Source: an uncultured Chthonomonadaceae bacterium (GTDB lineage Bacteria > Armatimonadota > Chthonomonadetes > Chthonomonadales > Chthonomonadaceae). From it: a DNA stretch of 64,000 nt. The position numbers and the translations under genes are program-made. The stretch lies in contig CAWFQB010000011.1 of the NCBI GenBank assembly GCA_963817895.1, forward strand, positions 64,001 to 128,000, given 5' to 3'. The notes below the pieces were generated by a model. That model was not told where the DNA came from, searched no databases, and saw only the letters and a list, made by a program, of their open reading frames with translations. Below, in pieces: positions 30,597-40,759 of this stretch (the stretch's first letter is position 1; each line of letters begins with the position of its first letter).

Positions 30597-31469
30597 ATGA
30601 CAGACACCACCACAACCGATCTGGAAAACCTGCTGAACGCGCTGGACAGCAAGGACGAGCAAACGCGAGCCGATGCCATGCGGCAGGTGCGGGCGTTGCC
30701 GCCGGATGCGTTGCTTATCTTATCTCAGTTGGAAGTGAAGCACTTTAAGCATTATCATCGTTCACTGCGCGACAGGACTGTGATGATGCAATGTGGGTCT
30801 ACAGGTCTAATTGCGTGTGTTTGTTATTTGACGAGTGGAAAACAGTATCTGTTTATGTTGGTGATGAATCTGATTGCATGGGCCTTTATTTTTCCGCGCG
30901 TAATAATACATACGAGTGGAGGCTTTCAGCCGTCACGAGCAAGGCGCAGTTTGGCTGCCGTGTTGGAAGCGGCAGAGGATGTATCTTTCATACCTGTCGC
31001 CCTCACGCTGTTGCAGGACAGAACAGCGGACATTTTGCCTGCCATTACCGACTTGCTGAAACGGCTGTTGCCGCGAATACATGCAGGCGATGCGCAGGAA
31101 TGGACGCCGCAACAGTATCAGATGTTGCTAAAGTTACTGCCGACAAGGCCACAGAAGGATATTGAATTGGCATTGTGCGTGTTGAAAGCGCTGGAACAGA
31201 TTGGGGACGCGAGGGCTATTCCCGCTGTTACCGCGCTGGCAAATGCGCCCACTGATGTAGGGGTCATACGCCTACGGGCAGCCGCGCAGGAGTGTTTGCT
31301 CTACTTGCAGCAACGAGAAGCGGAACAGGCGCAGGCGCAAATGCTGCTGCGGCCCGCGCATCCCCATGCCTCCGGCGAAACCCTGCTGCGTCCCACTGTC
31401 CAGGTCACATCGGCAACGCCCGAAGAGCAACTGTTGCGCCCTCAACAAACGTCCGCGACAGATAGTTAA
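30597..31469 (+). CDS. Membrane-anchored HEAT-repeat protein with triple LLRP tail
   Basis: Two hydrophobic segments; LKALEQIGDARAIPAV; LLRP x3. Confidence 0.7.
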   Translation: MTDTTTTDLENLLNALDSKDEQTRADAMRQVRALPPDALLILSQLEVKHFKHYHRSLRDRTVMMQCGSTGLIACVCYLTSGKQYLFMLVMNLIAWAFIFPRVIIHTSGGFQPSRARRSLAAVLEAAEDVSFIPVALTLLQDRTADILPAITDLLKRLLPRIHAGDAQEWTPQQYQMLLKLLPTRPQKDIELALCVLKALEQIGDARAIPAVTALANAPTDVGVIRLRAAAQECLLYLQQREAEQAQAQMLLRPAHPHASGETLLRPTVQVTSATPEEQLLRPQQTSATDS

Positions 31470-31565
31470 TCCGGTTGATTTTAGCCTTCTGCGGGGAACT
31501 TTGCCAACGCCTGCCAGTAAAAAGGGTGTTTGACACAAACATTGTACGGAAAGGCAGGAATCAGC

Positions 31566-32350
31566 ATGGGACTTCTGGAAGGTAAAGTAGCCTTTATTAC
31601 GGGCGGGGCGAGCGGGATTGGCAAGGGGACTGCGTTGCGGTTCGCGCAAGAGGGCGCGGCCATCGGCATCGCGGACATGCTGCCCGAAGAGGGCGAAAAG
31701 GCGCAGGCGGAAATCGAGGCGAGCGGCGGGAAAGCCCTGTTTATTCAGTGCGACGTGTCCCAACCCGAAGCGGTGCAAGAACGCGATTGAAGCGACCGTA
31801 AAGCAGTTCGGGAAACTGGACATTGTGTTCGCGAACGCGGGCATCAACGGCGTGTGGACGCCCATTGACGAACTGGAACCTGAAGACTGGGACAAGACCA
31901 TTGACATCAATCTCAAAGGCACGTATCTCACCTTTGCACTTTGCCGTTCCACATCTGAAGCAGGCGGGCGGCGGCAGTATCCTGATTACCAGCAGCGTGA
32001 ACGGCAACCGCGTGTTCACTTCGGCGGGCGCGACCGCGTACAGCACCAGCAAAGCCGGTCAGGTGGCGATGATGAAAATGGCCGCTGTGGAATTGGGGCG
32101 CTACAATATCCGTGTCAATGCCGTGTGTCCGGGCGCGATTCACACCAACATTGACCAGCGCACCGAAAAACGCGATACGGAGAAAATTGACCCGAAAGTG
32201 GAATACGGGGACGGCAACCCTGCGCTGCATCAGGGACAGGGCGAACCCATAGACGTTGCGGATACGTGCCTGTACCTTGCCAGCGACCTGTCGCGCCATG
32301 TGTCGGGCGTAGAGATTTACGTAGACGGCGCGGCTTCGCTGTTGAAATAG
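31566..32350 (+). CDS. SDR family oxidoreductase (frameshifted)
   Basis: TGGASGIG, ANAG, YSTSK, VNAVCPG. Confidence 0.9.
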
Positions 32351-32446
32351 CCCTCACCCCCGGCCCCTCTCCCGAAACAGCTTGGGAGAGGGGAGACTGA
32401 TTTTTACAAGATGAGGCTGAACAGGTAGAAGCAGATAAAGCACAAT

Positions 32447-32882
32447 ATGCGCGTTGAACAGATTGAATACAACTCGGAAGCGTACCGCGAAGCCTTGCGG
32501 TTGCGCTTCCGTATCCTGCGCGAACCGCTTGGCCTGACGTATTCGGCGGAGCAGCTTGCCGCCGACGCCCGCGACACGCATATTGTTGCGAGGGACGGGG
32601 ATAAAATCGTCGGCAATCTCATCTTGACTTCTGTTGAACCGGGCGTTATGCAGATGCGGCAGGTGGCGGTGGATACCGATTACCAGGGGCAGGGCGTGGG
32701 CCGCGCTCTCGTAAACTTTGCCGAAACAACAGCAGGGCAACAGGGCGCGAGTCCTGATGCTGCATGGCCGCGTGGCCGTACAGCCGTTTTACGAGCGGTT
32801 AGGCTACGCGGCCTGCGGCGAACCCTTTGAAGAGGTCACATTGCCGCACATCGAAATGCGCAAATTTCTCGAAGCAGAGTAG
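32447..32882 (+). CDS. GNAT acetyltransferase (frameshifted)
   Basis: LRFRILREPLG, MRQVAV..YQGQGVG; FYERLGY in the shifted frame. Confidence 0.85.
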
Positions 32883-32933
32883 TGGTTCCCCTCTCCCATG
32901 CTTTTTTGGGAGAGGGGTTAGGGGTGAGGGCTA

Positions 32934-35637
32934 TTATTGACCGGACGGGCCGTACACGCTCCAGTCCAATATGCGGCACTGCATACTGGTGTAGCGGGTG
33001 AAGTCGGGGCCGACCATGAACATCCATTTGCCGTCCAAATGCCAGCCATCGTTAAGTTTCGTAACCAGCAGGCGGACGTGTTGGGTTTTGGTGGGCGCGA
33101 AGGTGAGCAGGTCAATCCAGCCTGCCCAATCTTTCCGTTGCGCGATTGTGCGCCATTGGCTGCCGTCGTTGGAAACTTGCAGGGCGAAGTCGCGGGGCGT
33201 GCCGCCATCTACGGCGGGAAGCGGCGTTATCACTTGCGCGTGATCGAGAACAGTTGGTTTGGGCAGATCAATTTGCAGCCAGACCGGGGTTTGTTCCGAC
33301 GTGCCCACCGTTTGCGCTTCCCAATAGGTGCGGGACGGCAGGCCGGGAACATCATCGCGCCGCTGCCATAACCCGTCAACGGCAAGCGCGGCGGGGTGCG
33401 GTTTGGTTTCCGAGGACGCGGATGCGATTGCGCCCGGTTTCGCGGCGTAGTTGCTGCCCCACGAGGCGTTCAGCAGGCGCATTGCCGCGCCAGGCGCAAC
33501 CGTGAGATAAACAGGGCTGCCGTCAACAGGAAGCGTATGCCGCCGTCCGCTTATTTTCAGCGCGACGGGATTGCCCATGAAATCAACCGCCCGCCGAACT
33601 TCGCCCTCAAACGCCAACTCATACGGAAAATCAAGCGTCCATAGGGCGACAACATCGCCCTCCGCCGAAGTTTTGCCCTCAAAGCGCAGAATCTGAATTC
33701 CGTTCTGCGGCGGCGCGGGATTGGTTACTTTGCGGCTTCCAATTTGCGCGTTCATCACGCGGAGAGCGACAGCTGCCGGTTCGGGCGTCCCCAGATTGCC
33801 GCCCCGAAAGCCGCCCTCCATCAGATACCAGGGTTCAAAGCCGTTGTGTACCGGATAAAAATAGTAGTGGTGTTCGTTGGCGATGCCTGCCGCGAAACCG
33901 TTGAGGTACTGCCGGACGACGTAGCGGGCCTGTTCCTGCCTGCCGGAGTGCGACCACGTATAACCCTGCTCGGTCTGCCACAGCGGACGCCCGTCCGCCA
34001 ACCGCTTCAGTTCCTGAAGGTAACTCGGATTGCCGAACAGTTCCCACGCCTCGCCCGGTCCCATGTACGTGTGCGTGGAAACGCCGTCCAGATACTTCAG
34101 CGCATCCAGTTCCACAATCTTTTTCAGGAACGCGATAGAATTGGGGACGCTGACGCAGGCGGGGCCGAGAATGGTACAGGTCGGGTCGGCGCGCTTCGCC
34201 CCCTTCGCGAACGGAACGAGGGCTTTGGTCGACATAATCCTGCGGCGAGTAGCGGAAGTTCGGTTCGTTTTCCACTTCCCATACTCTGCAACGATCTTTG
34301 CAATGCGTCACCATGTCGAACGCGACCTGCTCGTAATCCGCGTCCGTACACCATTGCGGGCGCTCGTTAGCCTGAAAAAACCACGACACGCCGTACTTTT
34401 TCGCCTCTCCACTCGCGCGATCTACAACCTCATCCAGCGATTTCCAGTTGGCCTTGCCCTTTTCAGGGAAATACTCGCGCATGACGTGGCTTTCCCGTAT
34501 ACGCTTTCATGCCGAGCAAACCCGCGTAGCCGTAATCCGTAGGCGCGTGTTCGGGCAGGGCGTTGGACGCGAAACCGGGCGCGGCATCCACAAGCGCGAA
34601 CCGCGTTTTGAATTCCGAAGGCGCAACCGCAGGGCTAATTTTGGCGACGGGAGCAAGGGCAAATACGACGCTGAACCAGCCTTTTCCCTTGATCTGAGCG
34701 CGGGGCAGTTCAATGGAAACCGAAACCGGCTTGCCTGCGCTCCGGTTTGGCGGGCATTGCAGGCGCGGCAATGGAAATCGCGCCGCGTTCCGGCAGGCCG
34801 GTCATACACATCCCGAACGCTCCAGCGCGACTTTGCCAATGTGAGCATAGTTTCAATCGTTCCTGCGTGGCCGGGGTAAACTGAAGATCGAAACGGACAG
34901 GCTGCGCGGTTTCAAAGAAATTGGCAAGCGTCGCGCCATAAGGCAAAAAGGCGGGCGCGGCCTGCAAGGGCTGACCGGAAGCTTTCTCAATATCGAAATG
35001 CAGCCGCATCGGTTTCTTGTTTTCGAGCAGGTTGCGGTGATAGGTATAATCCCGAAACGCGCCCATTTCGTCCAGATTGAACGGCGCGCCCCAGCCGTCG
35101 TGCCAGAACAGCGCCAGCCCGCCGTTTTGCAGATACAGGCGCGTCCGCTGCGCCCGCGTCATGCCGACAACGGGAGTCGCTTGTATCTCGCCATGTTCGC
35201 GGTACTGAATGGCTTCCGCTGCCTGTGGCCTATTGTCCTGCAAGTTCTCAACCGCCACGACATTCGGGCTTGTCGTCAAAGTCCACGATTGAAAACCGCC
35301 CAGCGCTGCGTAAGCGTAACCGTCACATGTTCCGGCTCGAATTTGTAATCAATCCGCCCTTCGCCCTTATCGCTTTTGAGCGTATAATGCGCTTCAGTGT
35401 GGATTGCCGCCGCTGCCTTCGTCCTTTTTCGTCAGCGTCCATATAATCCCGGGGCAGAATTCCAGCGGCTTTTGAAGAAGTTTCCATGCCGCCGATTTGC
35501 AGCGACGCCAAATTGCCGAGCGCGTCCACAACAGCGGTATAATGCGGCTGCGTAACCGTTCTTTGCGCGTCATGCCGACTTGCGTCAGTCCTGCCGCTCA
35601 TTCCGATTGCCAGCAACAGCCATGTGAAGGTTCTCAT
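32934..35637 (-). CDS. Large secreted glycoside hydrolase-like protein with C-terminal F5/8 type C domain (multiple frameshifts)
   Basis: Signal peptide; WEVENEPN and WQTEQG clan-A-like motifs; WLQIDL, VSNDGSQW. Confidence 0.7.
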
Positions 35638-35774
35638 GCGCTTGCTCCTTTTGAGATTGTCTTGAACCATGATCAGGCATAATTTAGATGATTACCATGA
35701 TTGAGGAACGCGCGTTTCTCATTGCTAATCATTCCAATCATGTAAAATCCCGGTTCAGACAAAAAACGAAACCT

Positions 35775-36682
35775 ATGCAAATCTACCAGTGTGTACCCAA
35801 TTTCAGCGAAGGGCGGCGCGGCGAAGTGGTGGAGGCGATAGCCGACTGCCATACGCGCCGTACCCGGCGCGATCCTGGCCGACTACTCCGCCGATGCCGA
35901 TCACAACCGCTGCGTGATGAGCATTTTGGGCGACGCGGACGCTATCCATAATGCCGCTCTCGCAGCGGCGCGGGTCGCTGTGGAACGCATTGACCTGCGA
36001 ACGCATCAGGGCGTTCATCCCCGCGTCGGCGCGGTAGACGTGCTGCCGGTTGTTCCCATACGCGACACCACGTTAGCGGAAGCCGCCGCGCTTGCCGAAA
36101 CCATCGGGCAAAATTTATGCCGTGAACTGAATCTGCCGGTCTATTTTTATGAGGCGAACGCCCGCCCAAATCGCTCCTCGGCCCTGCCCGAACTGCGGCG
36201 CGGCGGCTTTGAAGCCTTTGCTCGCGCTCCCTTAACCGGACAGCGCGCGCCCGATTGCGGCCCCGAATTCGCGCATCCCACAGCAGGCGTTGCGGTCGTC
36301 GGCGCGCGTAACCCACTGGTCGCCTACAACATCAACCTGAATACGCCCGATGTCGCCATTGCGCGGCAAATCGCCCGCCAGATCCGGCAGCAGCGCGACC
36401 ATCTGCCCGAACTCAACGGCGTTCGCGCCCTCGGACTGTTCCTTGCCCGCCAGAACCGCGCGCAGGTATCTCTCAATCTCACCCGCCCCGCCCAAACCCC
36501 ACTTCCCGCCGTCTTCCATTATGTGCAGGAACAGGCCGCGCAACGAGCCGTCACCGAATCTGGAAAGCGAAATCATCGGCCTGATCCCCCGCGCCTCCCT
36601 CGCCAACCTGCCCCCCGCCGCCATCCACTGGCACACCTATCAACCCACGCAAATCCTCGAATACTGGCTTCAGAAGAACTAA
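35775..36682 (+). CDS. ftcD: Glutamate formimidoyltransferase (frameshifted)
   Basis: CVPNFSEGR, D.DHNR, HQGVHPRVGAVDV.P, HPTAG, LVAYNINL. Confidence 0.9.
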
Positions 36683-36882
36683 CCACCCGCGCTAGACACA
36701 GAGGCACAGAGGAAGCAATGGAGAAGAGGAGGACAGGAGAATGAACCGCAAGGAAGCAAAGGAAGAAAAGCAAAGGTAATCCGCGAGAATGAGAGGAACC
36801 GGTAATCGTTTGTTATCTAATTTGCTTTTCTTTGCGCTCTTTGCTTCTTTCACTCTCCTTTTCTTCCTGTGTTCGCCGTGGT

Positions 36883-37917
36883 TTAGTTCCTATCTTCTGG
36901 TGGGAAGGCTTTGGCGTAGATTTTGGTCAGCAGGTCTACGGCGGGGCGGGCTTCGCGGCCATCCACGCGGGGCGGGCGGTGTTCGCGGACGGCTGCGTAG
37001 AAATCGCGTATTTGCGCTTCGTGGCCGGCAAGCCCGATGGCGAAGGGATCGGAACCGCCGCCCGTGTGCAGGCTTTCGGCGGCAAGCGTGGCGGTCAGAT
37101 CCTGCCCGTCCAGTCCGAAACGGACAACGCGGGCGTCTTCGAGGGCGGCGGAACCGTGTGTGCCATAAATTTCCAGCCGCGTGGCGAGGTCGGGCAGGCA
37201 GCAGGTCGTCGCTTCAATCGTGCCGCGCGCCCCACTCGCAAAGCGGACAACGGCAAACGCGAGGTCTTCCGCCGCGATGTTGTGGCCGGCGGTTTCCAGA
37301 TGCGCGAATTCCACTTCGGCAACCGGGCCGGCCAGCCATACCATCTGATCCAGCGAATGGATGCCCTGATTGGCAAGCGCGCCGCCGTCCAGTTCCCAGG
37401 TTCCGCGCCAGTCATCCTTGTCGTAATAGACCTGCGAACGCCACCATTTTACGGACATGCTGCACGATAGAATACGCCCCATGCGCCCCTCGGCAATCGC
37501 CTGCTGCACAATCTGCGCGTCCCGGCTCATGCGCCGCTGAAAAATGCAGCCCAAACGAACGTCATTCCGGTCACAGGCCGCGATAAGCCGGTCTACTTTT
37601 TCCAGATTAATGTCGAGGGGTTTTTCGCACAGGACATGGATGCCGCGTTGCGCCGCTTCGATGCCCTGCGAACCGTGCAGGCCGGAGGGCGAGCAGATGT
37701 GGACCACATCGGGCCGCGCTTCCTCCAGAAAACGGAGGTAGTCCAGCCAGAAGGCAACCTGATGCGCCGCGCCCATGCGCCGGGCGCGTTCGGGCCGATG
37801 ATCGCACACGCCGACCAGCGCCACATCGGGAATGTTGTCAATGATGTTGAGATGCTCATTGCCCATGCCGCCGCACCCGACCAATCCCACGCGCAACGCT
37901 GTAACCGCCACTCTCAT
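36883..37917 (-). CDS. Gfo/Idh/MocA oxidoreductase
   Basis: VGCGGMG, HVLCEKP, GGALANQGIHSLD. Confidence 0.9.
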   Translation of the reverse strand: MRVAVTALRVGLVGCGGMGNEHLNIIDNIPDVALVGVCDHRPERARRMGAAHQVAFWLDYLRFLEEARPDVVHICSPSGLHGSQGIEAAQRGIHVLCEKPLDINLEKVDRLIAACDRNDVRLGCIFQRRMSRDAQIVQQAIAEGRMGRILSCSMSVKWWRSQVYYDKDDWRGTWELDGGALANQGIHSLDQMVWLAGPVAEVEFAHLETAGHNIAAEDLAFAVVRFASGARGTIEATTCCLPDLATRLEIYGTHGSAALEDARVVRFGLDGQDLTATLAAESLHTGGGSDPFAIGLAGHEAQIRDFYAAVREHRPPRVDGREARPAVDLLTKIYAKAFPPEDRN

Positions 37918-38177
37918 GCTCCGTTTCAAACAACGATGAATGATGCGGTGACCCAGAATTTCTGTCATGCCGTCATCATTCGACACCGCCGCGCCTTTTT
38001 CCTGCCTGCGCGTAATCGCAAAGAAACTGCCATATTTTGTGAATTAGAGTGACAAACAGGCTTGACAGGGCGCGTTCGTCCCTGTATACTGACATATCGG
38101 TTTCAAAATATCGAGAATGGGCGACGATAAAATCGCGCTATGAATCGGCTGTGAATTGAAAGAGGAGTTTGGAAACA

Positions 38178-38558
38178 ATGGCGAAGCGCATCTATGTGGG
38201 TGGTCTGCCCTACTCGGCAACCGAGGAAGACCTGGAGAACCTGTTTTCGGCATCGGGAGCCGTCAAGGAAGTCTCCGTTATCACCGACCGCTACACGGGA
38301 CAGGCCAAAGGCTTTGGTTTTGTGGAAATGGACAACGACGCCGAGGCGGAAGCGGCTATTGCGGCCCTCAACGGCACGCTAATGGGCGGCAGAACGCTGA
38401 CCGTCAACGAGGCCAAGCCGCGTGAAGATCGCCCGCGAGGCGGCGGCGGCGGTGGTGGTTACGGCGGCAGTGGCGGCGGCTATGGCGGCGGCGGCGGTGG
38501 TGGTCGCAGCGGCGGCGGTGGCTATGGCGGCGGCGGTGGCGGACGTGACCGCTACTAA
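38178..38558 (+). CDS. RRM RNA-binding protein with Gly-rich tail
   Basis: IYVGGL (RNP2), KGFGFVEM (RNP1). Confidence 0.95.
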   Translation: MAKRIYVGGLPYSATEEDLENLFSASGAVKEVSVITDRYTGQAKGFGFVEMDNDAEAEAAIAALNGTLMGGRTLTVNEAKPREDRPRGGGGGGGYGGSGGGYGGGGGGGRSGGGGYGGGGGGRDRY

Positions 38559-38688
38559 TTCCACACTTCTCAACATAAATATTCGCGCAAGGCCGCGCTG
38601 TCATCGGACTTTGCGGCCTTTACAACAGGGATGAAGGATAAAGGGTGATTTGTTCATCCTTCATCCTTCATCCTTCATCCTTTCTCTT

Positions 38689-39706
38689 ATGTCTAACCAT
38701 TCCGACCCCTCCGCGATAATGCGGCTTGCCACCGGTTACTGGAATTCCGCCACGTTGCTGGCCGCCAATGAACTCAACCTGTTTGGCGCGTTGGGAGATG
38801 CGGAAGTGACCGCGCGCGCAGGTTGCCGACCAGTTGCAGACGCCGTTGCGCTCCACGGAAATGCTGCTGAATGCCTGCGCGGGTCTGGAACTTACTGCGT
38901 AAAGCAGGAGACAAGAATGGCGCGGGACGTATGCCAACACGCCCGCTGCCGCCGCGTTCCTTGTGCCGGGTCGTCCCGGCTATTTAGGAGATGCGATTCG
39001 TTGGGGGGCGGGGCAGTACGAGGCGTGGGGCAAACTGGAACAGGCCATTCGCGCCGATGCGCCCGCCGTGCCGCCCGCCGATCATCTCGGCAGTGACCCG
39101 GAGCAGACTCGCCGCTTCGTGTTGGGGATGCACAACCGCGCGCTTGGCGTGGCGCGGGGCGTACTGCACTTTCTGGATTTCGCGGATACGACAAACCTGC
39201 TGGACGTGGGCGGCGGGCCGGGAACGTATGCCATGCTGCTGGCGCAAAAGTATCCCGCATTACAGGCCACCGTGCTGGATTTACCGGGCGTGACGCAGAT
39301 CGCGGAGGAACTAATCGCGCAGGCCGGACTTGGCGACCGCGTTCAAACCCTTGCCGGAAGCGCGATAGATACGGAATGGGGCGTTGCAGAGTACGACGGC
39401 ATTCTATTTTCCGGAGTCCTGCACCAGATGAACGGGGAAACCATTCAAAAACTGTTTGAGAAAGCGTATACGGCGTTACAACCCGGCGGCAAATTGGTCG
39501 TCAGCGACATCATGCTGGACGCGACAAAAACGCAGCCCGTTTTCGCCACGCTGTTTTCGCTGCAAATGCTGCTGACAAGCGAACAGGGCGCGGTATTCTC
39601 GGCTACAGAGTGTATAGACTGGCTGGAAAAGGCCGGGTTCACGTCCGCACAGGCGCAAACCCTGCCGCCGCCGTTGCCGTATGTGGTGGTTACGGGGAGG
39701 AAGTAG
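38689..39706 (+). CDS. SAM-dependent O-methyltransferase (frameshifted)
   Basis: Dimerisation N-terminus; LLDVGGGPG, VLDLP, L.PGG. Confidence 0.88.
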
Positions 39707-39812
39707 GTTTCAGGTTTCAGGTGTCAGGTTTTAGGTATACGCGCTCTTCACGTTCAATATGAGTAGAGTAAGCAAGAAGCATTTACCTGAAACCTGACAC
39801 CTGAAACCTGTG

Positions 39813-40316
39813 CTATACGGCTGCCGTCGTATTCGCCAGCGCGGCTTTCGCCGTCAGGGTGATGAGCGGGAACACTTTGTCCGCTGCATCCTGCTCTTCG
39901 GCCTGAATCTGCTTTGCCAGTTGCGCGGTCTGCGTGTCGCCGATGGCTTCGGCGTAGGAGTACAGGGACTCGTACATGCCGATTTCCAGATGCTCCGTCG
40001 CGTAGGCTTTAATCAAGTCCTGCGTGGTCTTGTCTTTTTCGTCATGGAAGGGGTGTTGCGCCACATTGGCGACCTTGCCCAGTACCGTGTTCAGGAAGCC
40101 TTTGCCATCGGACGCGCCCGAACCGAGCGCAATCAGCCGTTGTTCCAGACGCTGCGCCTGGCTTTCGGTCACAGCCAGATGCTCCTGAAAAACCGCCTGA
40201 ACCTGCACGTTATCAACCTCGGCGATAAAAGTTTTAAGTGTGCCCACAATGCCGACTTCGGAAGCGTGGGCGTCCTGAATGTATCGAATCAAACGATCCT
40301 GGGGTGTTTCCGCCAT
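39813..40316 (-). CDS. Ferritin-like DUF892 (YciE/YciF) protein
   Basis: DAHASE, HL..T..Q..RL, EHLEIGMY, EE. Confidence 0.85.
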   Translation of the reverse strand: MAETPQDRLIRYIQDAHASEVGIVGTLKTFIAEVDNVQVQAVFQEHLAVTESQAQRLEQRLIALGSGASDGKGFLNTVLGKVANVAQHPFHDEKDKTTQDLIKAYATEHLEIGMYESLYSYAEAIGDTQTAQLAKQIQAEEQDAADKVFPLITLTAKAALANTTAAV

Positions 40317-40443
40317 TGGAAGTATCTCCTTCTTGGGTTTGGTGTTTGATCAGCGCGTCATATTGCCGCGCGCTGATAAAATTGTTGGCACAGGTAAGGA
40401 CGGGACGCTTAAAACGGTTGTTCCCTGAAAACCGCATGGATTT

Positions 40444-40563
40444 GCCAGGGGTTGAAAACCCCTGTCTGGACAGGGCAAGCGTCTTGCAGACGCAACAATC
40501 AACACAAGAATTTGCGTCTGCAAGACGCTTGCCCTTTCCTGCCGGGCATTTTCAATGTCCGGC
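40444..40563. repeat. Composite palindromic REP/BIME-like element
   Basis: Perfect 24-bp inverted repeat 40472-40495 / 40512-40535 flanked by two smaller hairpins. Confidence 0.8.
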
Positions 40564-40759
40564 CTGCTATTTCACAGCAAGCGTTTTCAATACACGGCAA
40601 CACAGGTCAGCGGGAGGCAACAATGACGGACATTCTGGAAAAGCCGGTTCTGTGGGAAGCGCGAACCCCGCCCCGACGAACTGGAAACGCTGCAATCCCT
40701 GCTACCCCAACCCTGATTACTGCGGTGTTCAGGTAATTCGGCGACAGCCTGCACGAACG

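Noticed and set aside
28791..31469. 892-aa dehydrogenase-HEAT fusion
   Set aside because: A shifted frame gives a natural end (ELMRLKS*, 30582) and a new ATG follows at 30597; probably an indel artefact.
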